Shown in pieces: positions 12,091 through 24,650 of a stretch of 64,000 bases of DNA; position 1 is the stretch's first letter; every line of letters starts with the position of its first letter. The notes under the pieces were generated by a model. The model was not told the origin of the DNA. It saw nothing but the letters and a program-made list of their open reading frames with translations, and did no database searches. The translations under genes and the position numbers were made by a program. Source of the DNA: Stegostoma tigrinum (Eukaryota); assembly GCF_030684315.1 (NCBI RefSeq), contig NC_081359.1, positions 99,044,947 through 99,108,946 on the forward strand, written 5' to 3'.

Positions 12091-15000
12091 GTAGGCAGCT
12101 TTTTTTTTAATGTGTGCCCTAGCCATAATCTAGGTGAGTCCACACCGAGAAAACTTAACAGGCTTCAGGAGAACACCGAGCGTTTCTCTCGGCCTGTTAC
12201 CGAGGCTTTAGACGGAAAGCATCGGGTATCGATTCCTCGCAGCACCCTCTGTGAATCCTGCAGAGAGAGAGAAAAGTTCGCTCCAATTCATCCTGGGGTG
12301 GGAGGCTGGGCGGGAAAGCAGTGCGGGCGGGGGGGGGGGGGTGGGGGGTTGTGGAGGTACTGCTCCCTTTAACTGTTTAGGGCAATAAAAGACTTTGACA
12401 AACATGGGAGAATGGCGTGAGGTTTCTCCTCAGCGCTCGCCTCCGACGCCATCTGAGGGTTTGGGAAGTGCCCTCAGTCGGGGCAACTCTCAATATTCTG
12501 CCTCATTTGTTTCCCTCCCTGCCCCTAACCCCTTCTCCCCCTCTATGTGATAATCTTCCACACCAACCCAGCGATCTCTCCCTCCTCGTTCCTAGCGGGG
12601 CAAGGGCCACTCCATGTTCAAGCTGAGGGACTGGGGGGAAAATTGTAATTAAAAAGACATTAGTCCTCCTCCCCCGGCTGCCTAACCAGCCGCCAAACCC
12701 GGGATTCGCTGAAAACAAAAATCCAGCGATTTTCAAAAAAGAGTCCTTTCGATTGTGGAAAGTGGCGTGTGTTCAATTCGTAAATGGCTGCAGATATCCC
12801 CAAATCTCGCACTGAAGTGACGAGAAAGCACATTGGTTTACTTGAATCGGATTATCGGCGCAATTAAACAACTCTGTCGTTAAACAGAGTGTGCACGGTT
12901 AACAGACTCGCCAAAATGCACATGGACACTTCATGTAAAGACTGGGCTAACCATATTACCAGCTAGTTCATAACATTCGACTACTTCATTCGAAAACTAA
13001 ATAACCCAGTAAAAGCCAAATCGTTGTCACCCTTAAATCATTGTTTTATATATAGCAAATATATTTTAGCTCTCCATACTGTCTAGCCGCAGATGTCATC
13101 AATTCGAAGTATGTAAAAAAAAAGGCAAAATCTTTGGGAAAAAATTCTACATCATAACGGCGATTGTGTAATAAAAAGCTGATCCCGGGTGTTAAATAGC
13201 GTATTTACATGCGTGCGGTATTGTATGCCAGATTCATTCTGTCCCACCTATATATTAATATTTCAGCTTTATTCAATTGAAGGCAATAACAGAATGTACT
13301 GGCGCTTTTTATTGCTATTCATATGTGCTGTGAATTCAGACAGCGACTTGAAAGAAATGATGCCATGAAATCCCATCCTAATGCAATTACCTGGGATGAT
13401 GGAATGAGCTGTATTCTCGGGGAGAGTTTAAACAGCCGAAGCAATCTCTATCGGTGTAAAGAGGATGCCTTATTATGATTCATACAGTTCAGGGAAGACA
13501 TGGTGCAGATTCATTTGTAATAGTCTCGGATTTCAGCTCCCGCTAACGTCGTTATGGAAAACCTGGGGTTAAATAAACAAGGAGCGGTGGCACGACAGGA
13601 TATTGAAAGATCAAACCATTTCTTATGACAAATTCGCGATTCTCACCTTCCAGCTAAATTTAAACAAAACAAAACACGTTAGTGAGTTTCAGAGGTAAAA
13701 TTCACTTTATCAACATTAAATCTACTTTCTGTTCCTCCATAACTCATCCCATAGCTGCACTTTCAATGCTATTCCCCTCTCCAGTAAATCATTATGAACT
13801 CCTTAAATCCGTTGGGTATATACATATATATATATATATATATATGCTGACAGTGGATTATTTTCACACAAATTATATTCAACAAATATATCTCCTGTTT
13901 TATCAGAAACATTATTTAATATGAAAGGCGAAAGGCTGATCTAGCGTGCAATGTAGAATACCAGAATAACTAACCAGATGTATACATAAATTCTGTTTTT
14001 AGTTGAATTTATTAATCCAACCGCAAAAAAATTTAAAAATCCAGGCAGTCAATTTGTTGAGTTAATTTAACAGCATTAAACAGCGAAAGAGGTCGGGGGA
14101 GTGGGGAGGCGCGGTTTAAATCTTTATGAGCGAAACAGGGAGGAAATAATGTTTTGACACGTCGCCTTTAATATAATCCTGGAGCTGTTTAAATTGTCAA
14201 AGTTTTGTCTATTTGCACGAAATATTTTCAGTTGGAATTCGCAAAGGGTCGGCCCAGATAAGGCTGGAAGTTTTCAAATGATTCAAACGCCAGTGTAGAA
14301 ACACAGTTACATCTTCTCCCCGCCGAATAGGCTGTTAATGGATTAAAACAGCAATCGTCTTGTCCCGTTTGTTCCTAGGACAGTGATCGTTTTACCTCCC
14401 TCTCCGGCATATGCAACAGCTGAAGTTGCAATAGTTGGTAAAATGGATCCAGATTCTAAAGGTGATGAAAACAAACAAAATTTTAAAAAGTTGCCGTTCA
14501 GATAATGATGATTTATTTTAAGGCTCATTTTGGATCAACTGCTTGGACATTCTGTGGTGCATAAGATAGATACGATGGAAAACAAACAGGGCCGGGCAAA
14601 ACTGCCGTAGCTATGTCTGGCTATTAGAATTCAGCAGTGACAGTGTCTGGCAGTTGGAAATGTTCATGTTGTATAAGAAACTGAAATACAAATACCGTTT
14701 GGCACTAGCAGTGATCAAAGATTGTGTTGTGCGGGTAATGACAGGAGAGAGAAAAACATGGCAAATCTTCACGCCTGTTTATGCTACTTTAATTGGAACA
14801 TAGAGTTAGCTTGTCTGCGCGGCTTTGTTCTTGCAGAAATAAAATGTCAGCTAGGCATTTTATAGGTGATACACTTTCCCCTCCATCCGCCCCCTAGTCA
14901 CTCTGAAAGGCAACGAGACCCTTATTGTTTTCTTTTTATTTAAGAGGCTACATCCCTTATGTAGGCCCCTGTCGTGTGACTAAGATCCAGAGAAAGAGCA

Positions 15001-15434
15001 ATCAAATCAGACAGAAGCCAGAATGAAAAAAATCGTGCAAGGTTTGAGGCTGCTGTATCAATTTTGAACGGGGAGTGTTCTATATATGTATGCAACCTAA
15101 TGTTAAATGTTTATCGAGAAGAAAGCGGTCCTTGTGCTTTAATGGACCAATGCATTGTCAATACTCAATAACTTACCGTTCAAATCAGAATCTCTGCAGG
15201 AGCTAAACTGCCCTTGGAGCTCTTGGGGAACGGCGCAGAATTATTTGACAATGGTTACTAAAATAATTGGTGGCAAGGGGCATGACCTGCACCCTGAAAA
15301 TGATACAGTTGCAGTCAGCATTCATGAATAGGGGACCCCGGGGTTGGATCATTCGGTCAGTTTGAAGCTGAAGAGTGTGTGCGTGTGTGGGTTTGCATGC
15401 GCCTTCCCCTCACTTCGCCAGTTTCACGAAATGA

Positions 15435-15710
<276 letters not shown>

Positions 15711-15711
15711 T

Positions 15712-15735
15712 AACACACACATATACAGAGACACA

Positions 15736-15767
<32 letters not shown>

Positions 15768-15768
15768 T
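15712..15768. repeat. Imperfect (CA)n microsatellite in SHOX intron 2
   Basis: Seen directly. Confidence 0.9.
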
Positions 15769-16518
15769 CAGTTAGCTCTGAGATTTACCGTCAGTAAACC
15801 TTGAAGTATAATTACACTCAATATTGCGAGTGCAGTTGGATTTCAAATAAAAGACTAACAGAGAGGTGTTTGTTTGTAAGTGAGCCATATTTCTGTTGCT
15901 GTAACTGTTCACTCACTGTTTCCTGTTCAAAACAGCGGGAATGGCGTGATTTCCAGATAAAACTCAGTTGTGTTTATTTGAAATGAGTTGCACTTATCTG
16001 AAGATCTCAAAGAGTTTGTTTGAGGTCAAGCCCCACGCGATAAAACAATTTTCCAATAAATTGATTTACAAAAAGAGACGAAGCAAAACAAACTAATGCT
16101 GATCCGATGCAAATATCTCAGGAGTCCGAACGCGCAGATATCAGTTCTTCCATCTGTAGCCCAGCCGGTTCATAAGCGGTTCTGAATATCCTAGGTGAGA
16201 CACGCAGCACTGTTAGGGTGTCCTGGAGGCTGGGGCAAGCTAGGGTAAGGTACACACCGCAGGTGTTAAGGGAAGTGTTTAGGCGAGACTTTCCTGGAAA
16301 CGCGTGGTCTTGCAGTCAAGTTGTGTTTTAAATCGAAATTTCGGGGGAGTAGACACATGGAGAGAGAAAATAAACAAGTGAACTGGTCGATAGGAAGATA
16401 GATAAGAGGCTAAATTGGGCTGGCTCCACTGAATAGATATTATGCTTATGAGTGGAGACGCTTCATTCTTGGGCTAAATAGGGGCAGGGTATCAGAAAGG
16501 AGACACGAATATTGTCCG

Positions 16519-16620
16519 AGATAACAAAGTGTGGGGCTGGATGAACACAGCAGGCCCAGCAGCATCTCAGGAGCACAAAAGCTGACGTTTCGGGCCTAGA
16601 CCCTTCATTACAAAAAGTAC
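16519..16620 (-). mobile_element. Penelope-type short element, family A, single arm, 11-bp TSD
   Basis: aatattgtccg occurs at 16508-16518 and 16621-16631. The body is near-identical to other family A copies. Confidence 0.8.
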
Positions 16621-17879
16621 AATATTGTCCGTTTTATTTGAGGGGGGAGGGGTCCTCCCGTGTAAACGTACAAAATTGTTTGTTTACACGAGATGAATCA
16701 GCTGGAAGGTGCAGGGCCGTTCTCTGTTTTCCGGTGCTGCGTGGGACTTGATAAAGCACAACTTTGCCGATCCGGGGGGTTGGGGGGGGGGGGGGTTGGT
16801 GTAGTTGTTTGTGAAGGAGGACGCAGAGAAGCAGATGTGGGAAGTGTCAAGGCCGGGGAAAGGACAGGACGCAACAGCAGCCACGAAAATCCACGCACCC
16901 TTACTCGGAGCGACTGCCGCGAATTATTAACCTGCTCGGTTAGCAACGCACACCAAGCATCTGTCACTGGGTAATTTAAACTTATGAGAGCGGTGAAGGG
17001 CCAGCCGGTAATTCAATTACATATAATACATTTTCGTTTATGGCGCAGGCCTAAATTAAATGTCATTATTCACTGTCGCTAATGGAAATCAAAAAGAAAT
17101 CATATTACCACGGTTTCCAACGGGTAGCGTTTAGTGGTGCTTAATAAAGAATCGATTGTGTAAAAGCGGGCTGCAAACAATGTAGTTCTTTTAACTTAAC
17201 ATATTTGGAATCGACATTGGCTCACTAATTGTAATTGATCTGACTATCTCCCGAGGTTTAACCTAATGCTTTCGCTCGACAGCCCGCTTGTATATACCCC
17301 TTATATCTATGTTTGCCGCCCCCAGGGGTAATTGGAACTCGTCAAGCCTCGAAATAGTTCAGTCGTGTTTTAACGCGCTCTTCTTGCCCCTTTCTGCCTT
17401 CATTTCATTTTCAGCCAGCGGGATGTTTGCCTCAAACTTCCCAATAACATTTCCTTTGCTGCTTTCTTAAAGCAAAATCCGCTGTGGAGACCCAAGAGAC
17501 CGCTCTCACCTTCCCTTCCCCACATTCACAACGCACTCCCCATGCAGGATGAGTAGACACTGGGTTACCGATTGATTCTCCTGGGTGCCGGAAGTTTTTT
17601 TTTCTTTAAAAGCCACCATCCACTTCCTCCTCCACAGCTAATCGCACCCGTCCCCTCCCCACCCAGCCCACAAGCAATGTCATGTCAGTTTTACCAGTTG
17701 CTGGGTGGTATTGATTCCGGGCCGGCTGTGAAGCGGATGTAACTCAAGACAATAAAAAAAAACTTTTAGAGGTCTTTTCGAGATTGGGTTTTGTTTTAAA
17801 ATGTGAGGAGTGTGTGTACAGGGCTCACGTCCATGTCACATAGCAATGGATCTCGAAGTACTGACTATCAGACACGTAA

Positions 17880-18045
17880 AGAGAGAGAAACAGACATAGA
17901 TATTGCTCAGCAGGTCTGGTGGCATCTATGGAGAGAATCAGAGTTAGCGTTTCGGTTCGAGATCACGCTCCACAGATGCTACAAGACTTGCTGAGCTTTT
18001 CCAACATTTCCCCCCTGATTTACAACATCCGGAGTTCTTTCGGTT
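17880..18045. mobile_element. Degenerate Penelope-type inverted-repeat element (family B)
   Basis: gctcagcaggtctggtggcatctatggag pairs with ctccacagatgctacaagacttgctgagc. Confidence 0.6.
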
Positions 18046-18851
18046 TTATGCAAAGAGAGAGACTTTGGGTTCAAAGCAAACTCGCATCTGATACGATATA
18101 ACACCCAGGGTCCAGAGACCTACGCAGTTTGCGTTGGGAATGGGCATATTTATCCTGCTCAGATCACTCCCATAATGCCAAAAGAAGCATTCATTGCGCC
18201 GTTCCCGTGTTTACATTGGCGATTACATCCTAATCCATGCTTCAAACCGAAAATCCGCTTCAACCAGTTGACACCATACTGCAGAATAACGTGGAGGTAT
18301 CTGGGGTAATTAAACAATGCCGTTTGAAGTTCTTGAGTGTGCACTAATTATACCATTCCAAATGACCATTATTAAAACAATTAAAGAGAGCTTGGAGGTA
18401 TATTTGATCTAGGAAATGCAATTAATATTAATTAACCGCTTGATCGTTCGGCAAATGTTGCAAAGATCAAAGGATAGAGATGTCTTTCTTTTGCGAGAGA
18501 TACTATCAGGATTGGTTGATTGAGAGAAATGGCCATGGCTGAACAAAACAGAAACAAATGCTGCAGCACTAGCACGCACCAGTCCCCCCACCCCCCCAAA
18601 AAAGTTGGTTTATTGTCAGGATAGGCAAATTACGAATTGTGTAACCACCGTTTATGTACTTGCTTGCCGCACAGAGTAATTTATGCTGCGTTGCTTTCCG
18701 AGGGCTGTTATTTTTTATTGTAAGGCCGTAAGGAATAGTAGCGGACTCATTACTGAGATTTCTCCTCCATGTTAAGTGAGATGGCGACGCGGAGCGCTTG
18801 CCCATCCGTCTTTGGCGGATGCCAAACCAAATTAGAGTCAAAAGTTATCGA

Positions 18852-19145
<294 letters not shown>

Positions 19146-19174
19146 TAGTGTCGGTCATTCGGGATAAAACAAAA

Positions 19175-19396
19175 CAAGGAATCGTGGATGCTGAAGATCT
19201 GAAACAAAAATAAGCATGGAAATTGCTGGAGAAACTCGGCAGGCCTGGCAGTTACTGTGGAGGAAGAAACAGGGTCAAAGATTTGGGGTTCAATGGGCTT
19301 ACTTCAGTTTGGAGCTGAAACGTTAACTCTGCTTTCTCTCTACAGGTGCGGCCAGACCTGCTAAGTTTCTCCAGCTGTTTTCTGTTTTCGTTTCAG
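19175..19396. mobile_element. Penelope-type inverted-repeat element (family B) in SHOX intron 3
   Basis: gctggagaaactcggcaggcctggc pairs with gccagacctgctaagtttctccagc; ctgaaac...gtttcag termini. Confidence 0.65.
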
Positions 19397-19981
19397 GGGG
19401 CTGTTCTCGCTTTAAAGGGGAGGGCAGCGTTCTGTTTAAATGAGCGAATGCACGTAGCAATATCCCTGTGTCACCGGGCAGAGTTCTAAGCGAAATATAA
19501 GAGGATAAACACAGGGTTAATTCGCCAGTCCGTGACCCTGTTTAAGTGCCAAAAAAATCTTTTTCCCCTCCACCCGTGTCCTCTCTAACACCGGAAATAT
19601 CTTGGAACAAACAAAAACAAAACGAGAATATGTAAATGGGGTCACGTTTTATGTGTATATGCCTCGCGTGTGTGTGAATGAGTTATACCCACGGTTAGAT
19701 CAACAGCTACTTCCAAATTGTGAAAATCCCAGAAAGGTCAGGGCTAGAAAGGGGTAACTCGAGCCTGTGCCGGCGGAAAGTTCAAGGAAGTGTTAGATTT
19801 GTTTAATTCAATCGTTTGAAACCTTTGACGGCGAATATTCGCGTTTCATTGGCTTGAATCTAACACAAGGAATCCGTCCGCCGTTGATATATCATAATAT
19901 CGTTCCTTTATTAATTGCAATCAAATGACGAGACATTAACATTATCTCCCTCTCTCCCTCTCTCTCTGTCATATTCGCCAG

Positions 19982-20070
19982 GAGTAATATTAGGAACGGG
20001 AAGCCATTTAGACGCGTGCCGTGTAGCTCCCTACGTGAACATGGGAGCATTGCGGATGCCTTTCCAACAG
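19982..20070 (+). CDS. SHOX: SHOX coding exon 4 (89 nt, [30 protein letters not shown])
   Basis: Polypyrimidine tract and acceptor ttcgccag|, donor CAG|gtgcag. 58+89=147 nt restores phase 0. Confidence 0.95.
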
Positions 20071-21327
20071 GTGCAGTGTTTAACTGTGGGAGATGGTTAA
20101 ATGTGGAGTTTTAAAGGGTTCAAGACTGTGTGGGACTGTGGGATTATTGCACAGTGATGAATTCACATGATTTCTGGCAGTCGCCCCGATTTCCATTTAA
20201 ACAGGGCACAAGATGTTCTTGAGGGTTTTTTTTGTGTTTTATAAATAATTTAAGCTGAGTTCCACTCGATGCGATAAACGACAGACGTCCCTGAATGGCG
20301 GGTGTAACTTTCTCATTCAGCAGTTCACGTTTTTATCCACGCTTCGGCTTTTTAAGGAATGGGATAGCTGGTTTTCTCAATCCCCATCTGTCAGCTATCC
20401 CAATTTACCGAGTTATACAGATAGGACACCCAGAGTGACACCCCCACCCCACGTCCACACGGCCTCACTGGAGTGTTCAGGAATGCCCCAAAAGTCTCTC
20501 CCCTGCATCAAAACAAAAATTTCCTGACAGAAATTTAACAAAGTATTGCAATTTCCAAACAAGCAGGCAGCAAAGAATAATGCTGGGATAAAGAATTTCT
20601 TGCTGGAACTTCATACGGGCGAGTGGAGAAATGTTTCTCTACCACCGAACCAGCGCAAAGAGGACATTTTGCTGAGGGTCAGGAATATGATTAGATCCAG
20701 ATTTCTGCGTGATCGGAGGGAGTGAGAGTGGGCCACAAAACTGGGATCGGCTGTGCCTGTATCTGGGCCGCCCAGGCACACATTTCTTGCAACATTCTGC
20801 TGGAACCCACATTGCACGGTAAACTTTACTGGAGGCATTGCAAGCTGCCAAGAGGTGTCACTCAAGTTCCTTTGCAGATTTCTTTTTTTCTTTTTGCCGA
20901 GCACATAACACCAGATTTAAAATCAAAATGAGGGGATAATCCTCACTGCTACAGGAGGGGGACATGCTAAATGCTTTGCTCAAACCATCGCACTGACTCG
21001 ATCAATCATCTGTCTAGTTCGCCTTACGTTTTTCTAAGGTGCGCACTTTGGGGTAGGTTAAAGAGAGTGCGAAATCACAGGCCTCTAAGTGCTACAGTAA
21101 TCTCTTTAAATGGATTTGTGTGGAAATTGTGGGGTTTCAAAGCGACACCGTGAACACAAGAATATTACCGGGAGGAAGTCCTTGGTTTGTCGCCTGTAAT
21201 TTAGACGTGAAATTGGCCCCTTTTTCTTCTACAGAATTCTTTTGGAAGGGTTTGGTGAGCAATTAGGGATGGACGCTCCAGAGAGGGGGATAATTGGATA
21301 TGATATCTGCAGGTTTGCAATTATTTT

Positions 21328-21890
21328 GGAGACAAATTGGGACAACTTCAAAAGACCTTTGCTAATGTTCAGTTAGGTTTTTCACTGTCTCAATATTCAT
21401 CCGGGGATGGAGTGGGGGAGGGAGGTTGATGACAGCAACGTGGCAGAAGCAGAAATGAACCCAATTTCTCTCTGTCTCTCTCTTATCTTCGTAGGAGCCA
21501 GATCGACACAACTTCAAAAGACAGCAGCAAATGTTCACTCAGGCTTTCCTCCGTCTCAATATTCATCCTGAAGTGGGGGTGGGTTGAGGACAGCGAAATA
21601 GTACAAGAGAGATGTTTAGTTAGGTTTTACTCTGTCTGGAACTTCATCCTGGGGTTTGGGGAGGGGTGGCCTAGGGAGAGCGAAGTGTTGGAGGAGAGAT
21701 GAGCCCAATTTTCCTCTTTATCGTCGTAGGAGCCAAATTAAGGCAATAACATTGAAAACTGGATACTAATGCTCAGTTGGGCTTTAGTATGTCTCAGTCT
21801 TCATCCTGGGTTGGGTGGCATGAGGAGAGCAGACTTGGCAGAAGCAGAAATGAACCCAATTTTCCTCTCTCTGTCTTTCTATCGGCGTAG
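21328..21890 (+). repeat. Degenerate tandem repeat (about 4 units, ~165 bp, one truncated) ending at the last-exon acceptor
   Basis: Recurring blocks aatgttcagttagg...tgtctc...ttcatcc(t/g)ggg and atga(a/g)cccaattt...tatc..cgtag. Confidence 0.8.
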
Positions 21891-22035
21891 GTTCAGGCGC
21901 AGTTGCAACTGGACGGCGTGGCGCACGCGCACTCGCACCTCCACCACCACCTGGCGGCGCATGCTCCGTACCTGATGTTCCCGCCGCCTCCGTTCGGGCT
22001 GCAGATCGCCTCGATCGCCGAGTCCGCATCGGCCG

Positions 22036-22066
<31 letters not shown>

Positions 22067-22145
22067 CAAGACCAGCAGCAAGAACTCGAGCATCGCCGAC
22101 CTGAGGCTCAAAGCCCGTAAGCACGCCGAGGCGCTGGGCCTCTGA
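21891..22145 (+). CDS. SHOX: SHOX terminal coding exon ([14 protein letters not shown]...PPPPFGL...poly-Ala...OAR motif [21 protein letters not shown]-stop)
   Basis: Acceptor tctttctatcggcgtag|. Contains the OAR motif. TGA at 22143-22145. Spliced total is 283 aa. Confidence 0.96.
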
Positions 22146-24650
22146 CAATCAGCCGGGCCGGGGCCCCCGGAGTCCCGCCAGCACCACCCCCAGTGCCCAG
22201 CTGGGGCGCGGTGCCAAAGCTGCCCACTGCACAAGCTCCACCAGGTCCACTTCATGATGCACAGCCCGGACGCCGCCAGTGGCAGCAGCACCGTGCCAGG
22301 GGTTCAAGAGCACTTCTAAAACACCAAACAACCCAAGAATAAAACACACACGAACCTGCAATGCCCTTCCATCGGCCCCTCACCCACCCAACATCAACCC
22401 CAAAACTCTACCACAAAGAGGCATCTCAGTGCTAAAACAGGGTGATTGCCACTTTACCACCTCAACCAGAAAGACAACAGACACTACACCAAGGAGTACC
22501 GTCCACGTGGCTGACACCAGAGGGGAGAATGAACTTATAACTGGGGCGAAGCCCACACTTCCAGTTGCGCATCTCATATATGTGTACGCACGCCTCTGCA
22601 AAAGCGAATTTCGGTGCTGCATACGCACAGAGAGACTAAATACTTGCGAGATTTGCTGACAGATGGCCACCTTATTTGGGGGGAGAAAAAAAACAGGAGA
22701 GGACTTCACCCGACCTGAAGACTTTCCTCATCAACCTGTTAAGAAATGTTCACACGCTGCTCTGCAGCAGGTGGGACTTGAACCAATGTCTGCCAGCTCC
22801 AAGGTAGGGACACTGCCAATGTGCCACAAGAGCTCCCTGGGTCGAGCTTGAAGACTTGCCATCCCTGCTGTGCTACTCGATGGGCCTCAGATTTCAATAC
22901 CGCCCTCAAACTCTCCTAATTTCCTGATGGAAACTGACCGAGGTTAAAGGTCAAGGATGACGCCAAGATAGCCTGTCTGGTCTTGGTCACTATTTCAATA
23001 CCACGCTCTTCTCTCTCGGTCTCTATGTAGGTATGAATAGAAGTGAATGTAGACCTCACCGCACAACTTATCTGAAGGTGGCAGATATATCCCTTTCAAG
23101 TGCTGATGAACTACATAACAGAAAACACATACCACACATTTAAGAACAAATACAACTCCTGTGGACTTCATTAAGGATGTGGAATTCTGTAACCGTGTGC
23201 CCGATACTTAAAATGACAGAAGACTTAACTGGGTTCATTTTTCTTTCTCGAGACGCTATCACGTAGGAAACAGCAATAAATGATATCTACCACTCCCCCC
23301 CCCCCCCGCCAAACCCGCACCGACCTCTGCACCCCAGCCCCCTCGCACTCTCTCTCTCTTCGTTTCATGGACTGGAGACTTCCTGAAGAATTTTTAACTC
23401 GATTTCTGGATAGCTGTCTGCAGGCGACCGTTTATTGTTCCAGTCATTTTGCAATGTGGAACAATAAGAAACATACATACACACACATACACACGAAAAC
23501 AATGACAAGCAACCCTGACCGGGACTTTCGACCGATTTTTTAAACTATTGTTTACAATAAAGAGAAGGGAACGATCGGAGAAAGATGAAAGGATAAATAG
23601 CCTGCTGGCTTGCTAAATGAAATTAATAATAAAGAAAACCCTGTCTGAAGTAACAGGTACAGTGTAGGTTAGTCCTTCTCGTTGTTGGGATCCGATGGTA
23701 GAGGATAAAGTCTACACTATTTCCATGCTACAATGAAACAGTCTTGGAGTTACGGTGCGACGCATTTAACGGTGCAGTAAAGTGCAATACTGTATATAGC
23801 AGAAGTAGTTGTCTCGTAGAAACTAGAGAAAGGGCGATTATCTCGTCCTTGTGGGCACAAGGAACTGAGGAGTTGCCCATAGCATCGCCAAATTCACTAC
23901 CAGAGCTTTACAGGACAATGGAAGGACCTTAATGGACATTTTTGTTTGGGGTGGGCGGGGAGGGGGAGGAGTGCGTGCAGGGGGCGGGAGGGGATCGATT
24001 ATATGCCATAACTCTTGGAGCTAAGCTCGACAAGTTTGTCAGACACGACTTCCTACAGGTCAGTTTGAACGTAAAGTGTCATTAAGTCAACGCGCCATAA
24101 CCTGACACAACCAACAGGCCGCCATTGCTTCTGTTATTTGTCAGATTCCCTGCAGACGCAGATTCGCTGCACTGTTATAACCCAGCACATGAGCGATTTC
24201 TTTTTTTATTTATTTCTTGTACTTTAAAATTTTATAAATGTGATATATTTTATTATGTCGTGTGTAAATGTCACGTTGCTTTGCGTTTATTTTTATATTT
24301 TCAACCTTTGCTTTGCAAATTTCTGAATGAGACGTGTGATCTGTAATGTTAAATATAACAAATTGGAGTTTACAAAGAGAAAAAAATCATTTCAGGGATG
24401 CAGATAATTAATAATATTGAAACATCAACGACACACTCATTGTAAGTTTAATGCAGGTTAAAACAGATGGTACAGCAGACTGAAGAAATGTATTCGTTTT
24501 GTGATTATTTGCAAGCATGCCTTCACATTCTGATTTACAACAGTTCTATAACTTAGAGTCCAGAGTGTATTTTGTTGGATCACCCATATTATGAATGTAC
24601 AACTTGTACATGTGGAAATTGCAAATAAAATTTAAAATATTTGTACAACG
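22146..24650 (+). other. SHOX: Probable SHOX 3'UTR ending near the polyadenylation signal AATAAA at 24624-24629
   Basis: This AATAAA is preceded by several TGTA (CFIm-type) motifs at 24596-24613 and followed by a T-run near 24670. There is an AU-rich block at 24200-24350. Earlier AATAAA sites at 22338, 23275 and 23556 are possible alternatives. Confidence 0.6.
22730..22835 (-). mobile_element. tRNA-derived SINE head, antisense, in the 3'UTR
   Basis: The minus strand reads tggcacattgg (A box) ... ggttcaagtccc (B box). Confidence 0.6.

Noticed and set aside
22143-22145. Selenocysteine recoding of the TGA
   Set aside because: The TGA is at the conserved SHOX end and no convincing SECIS was recognised by eye. 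Ordinary readthrough is the simpler hypothesis.
21879-22361. Antisense ORFs over the last exon
   Set aside because: They are shadows of GC3-rich sense codons and have no independent coding evidence.
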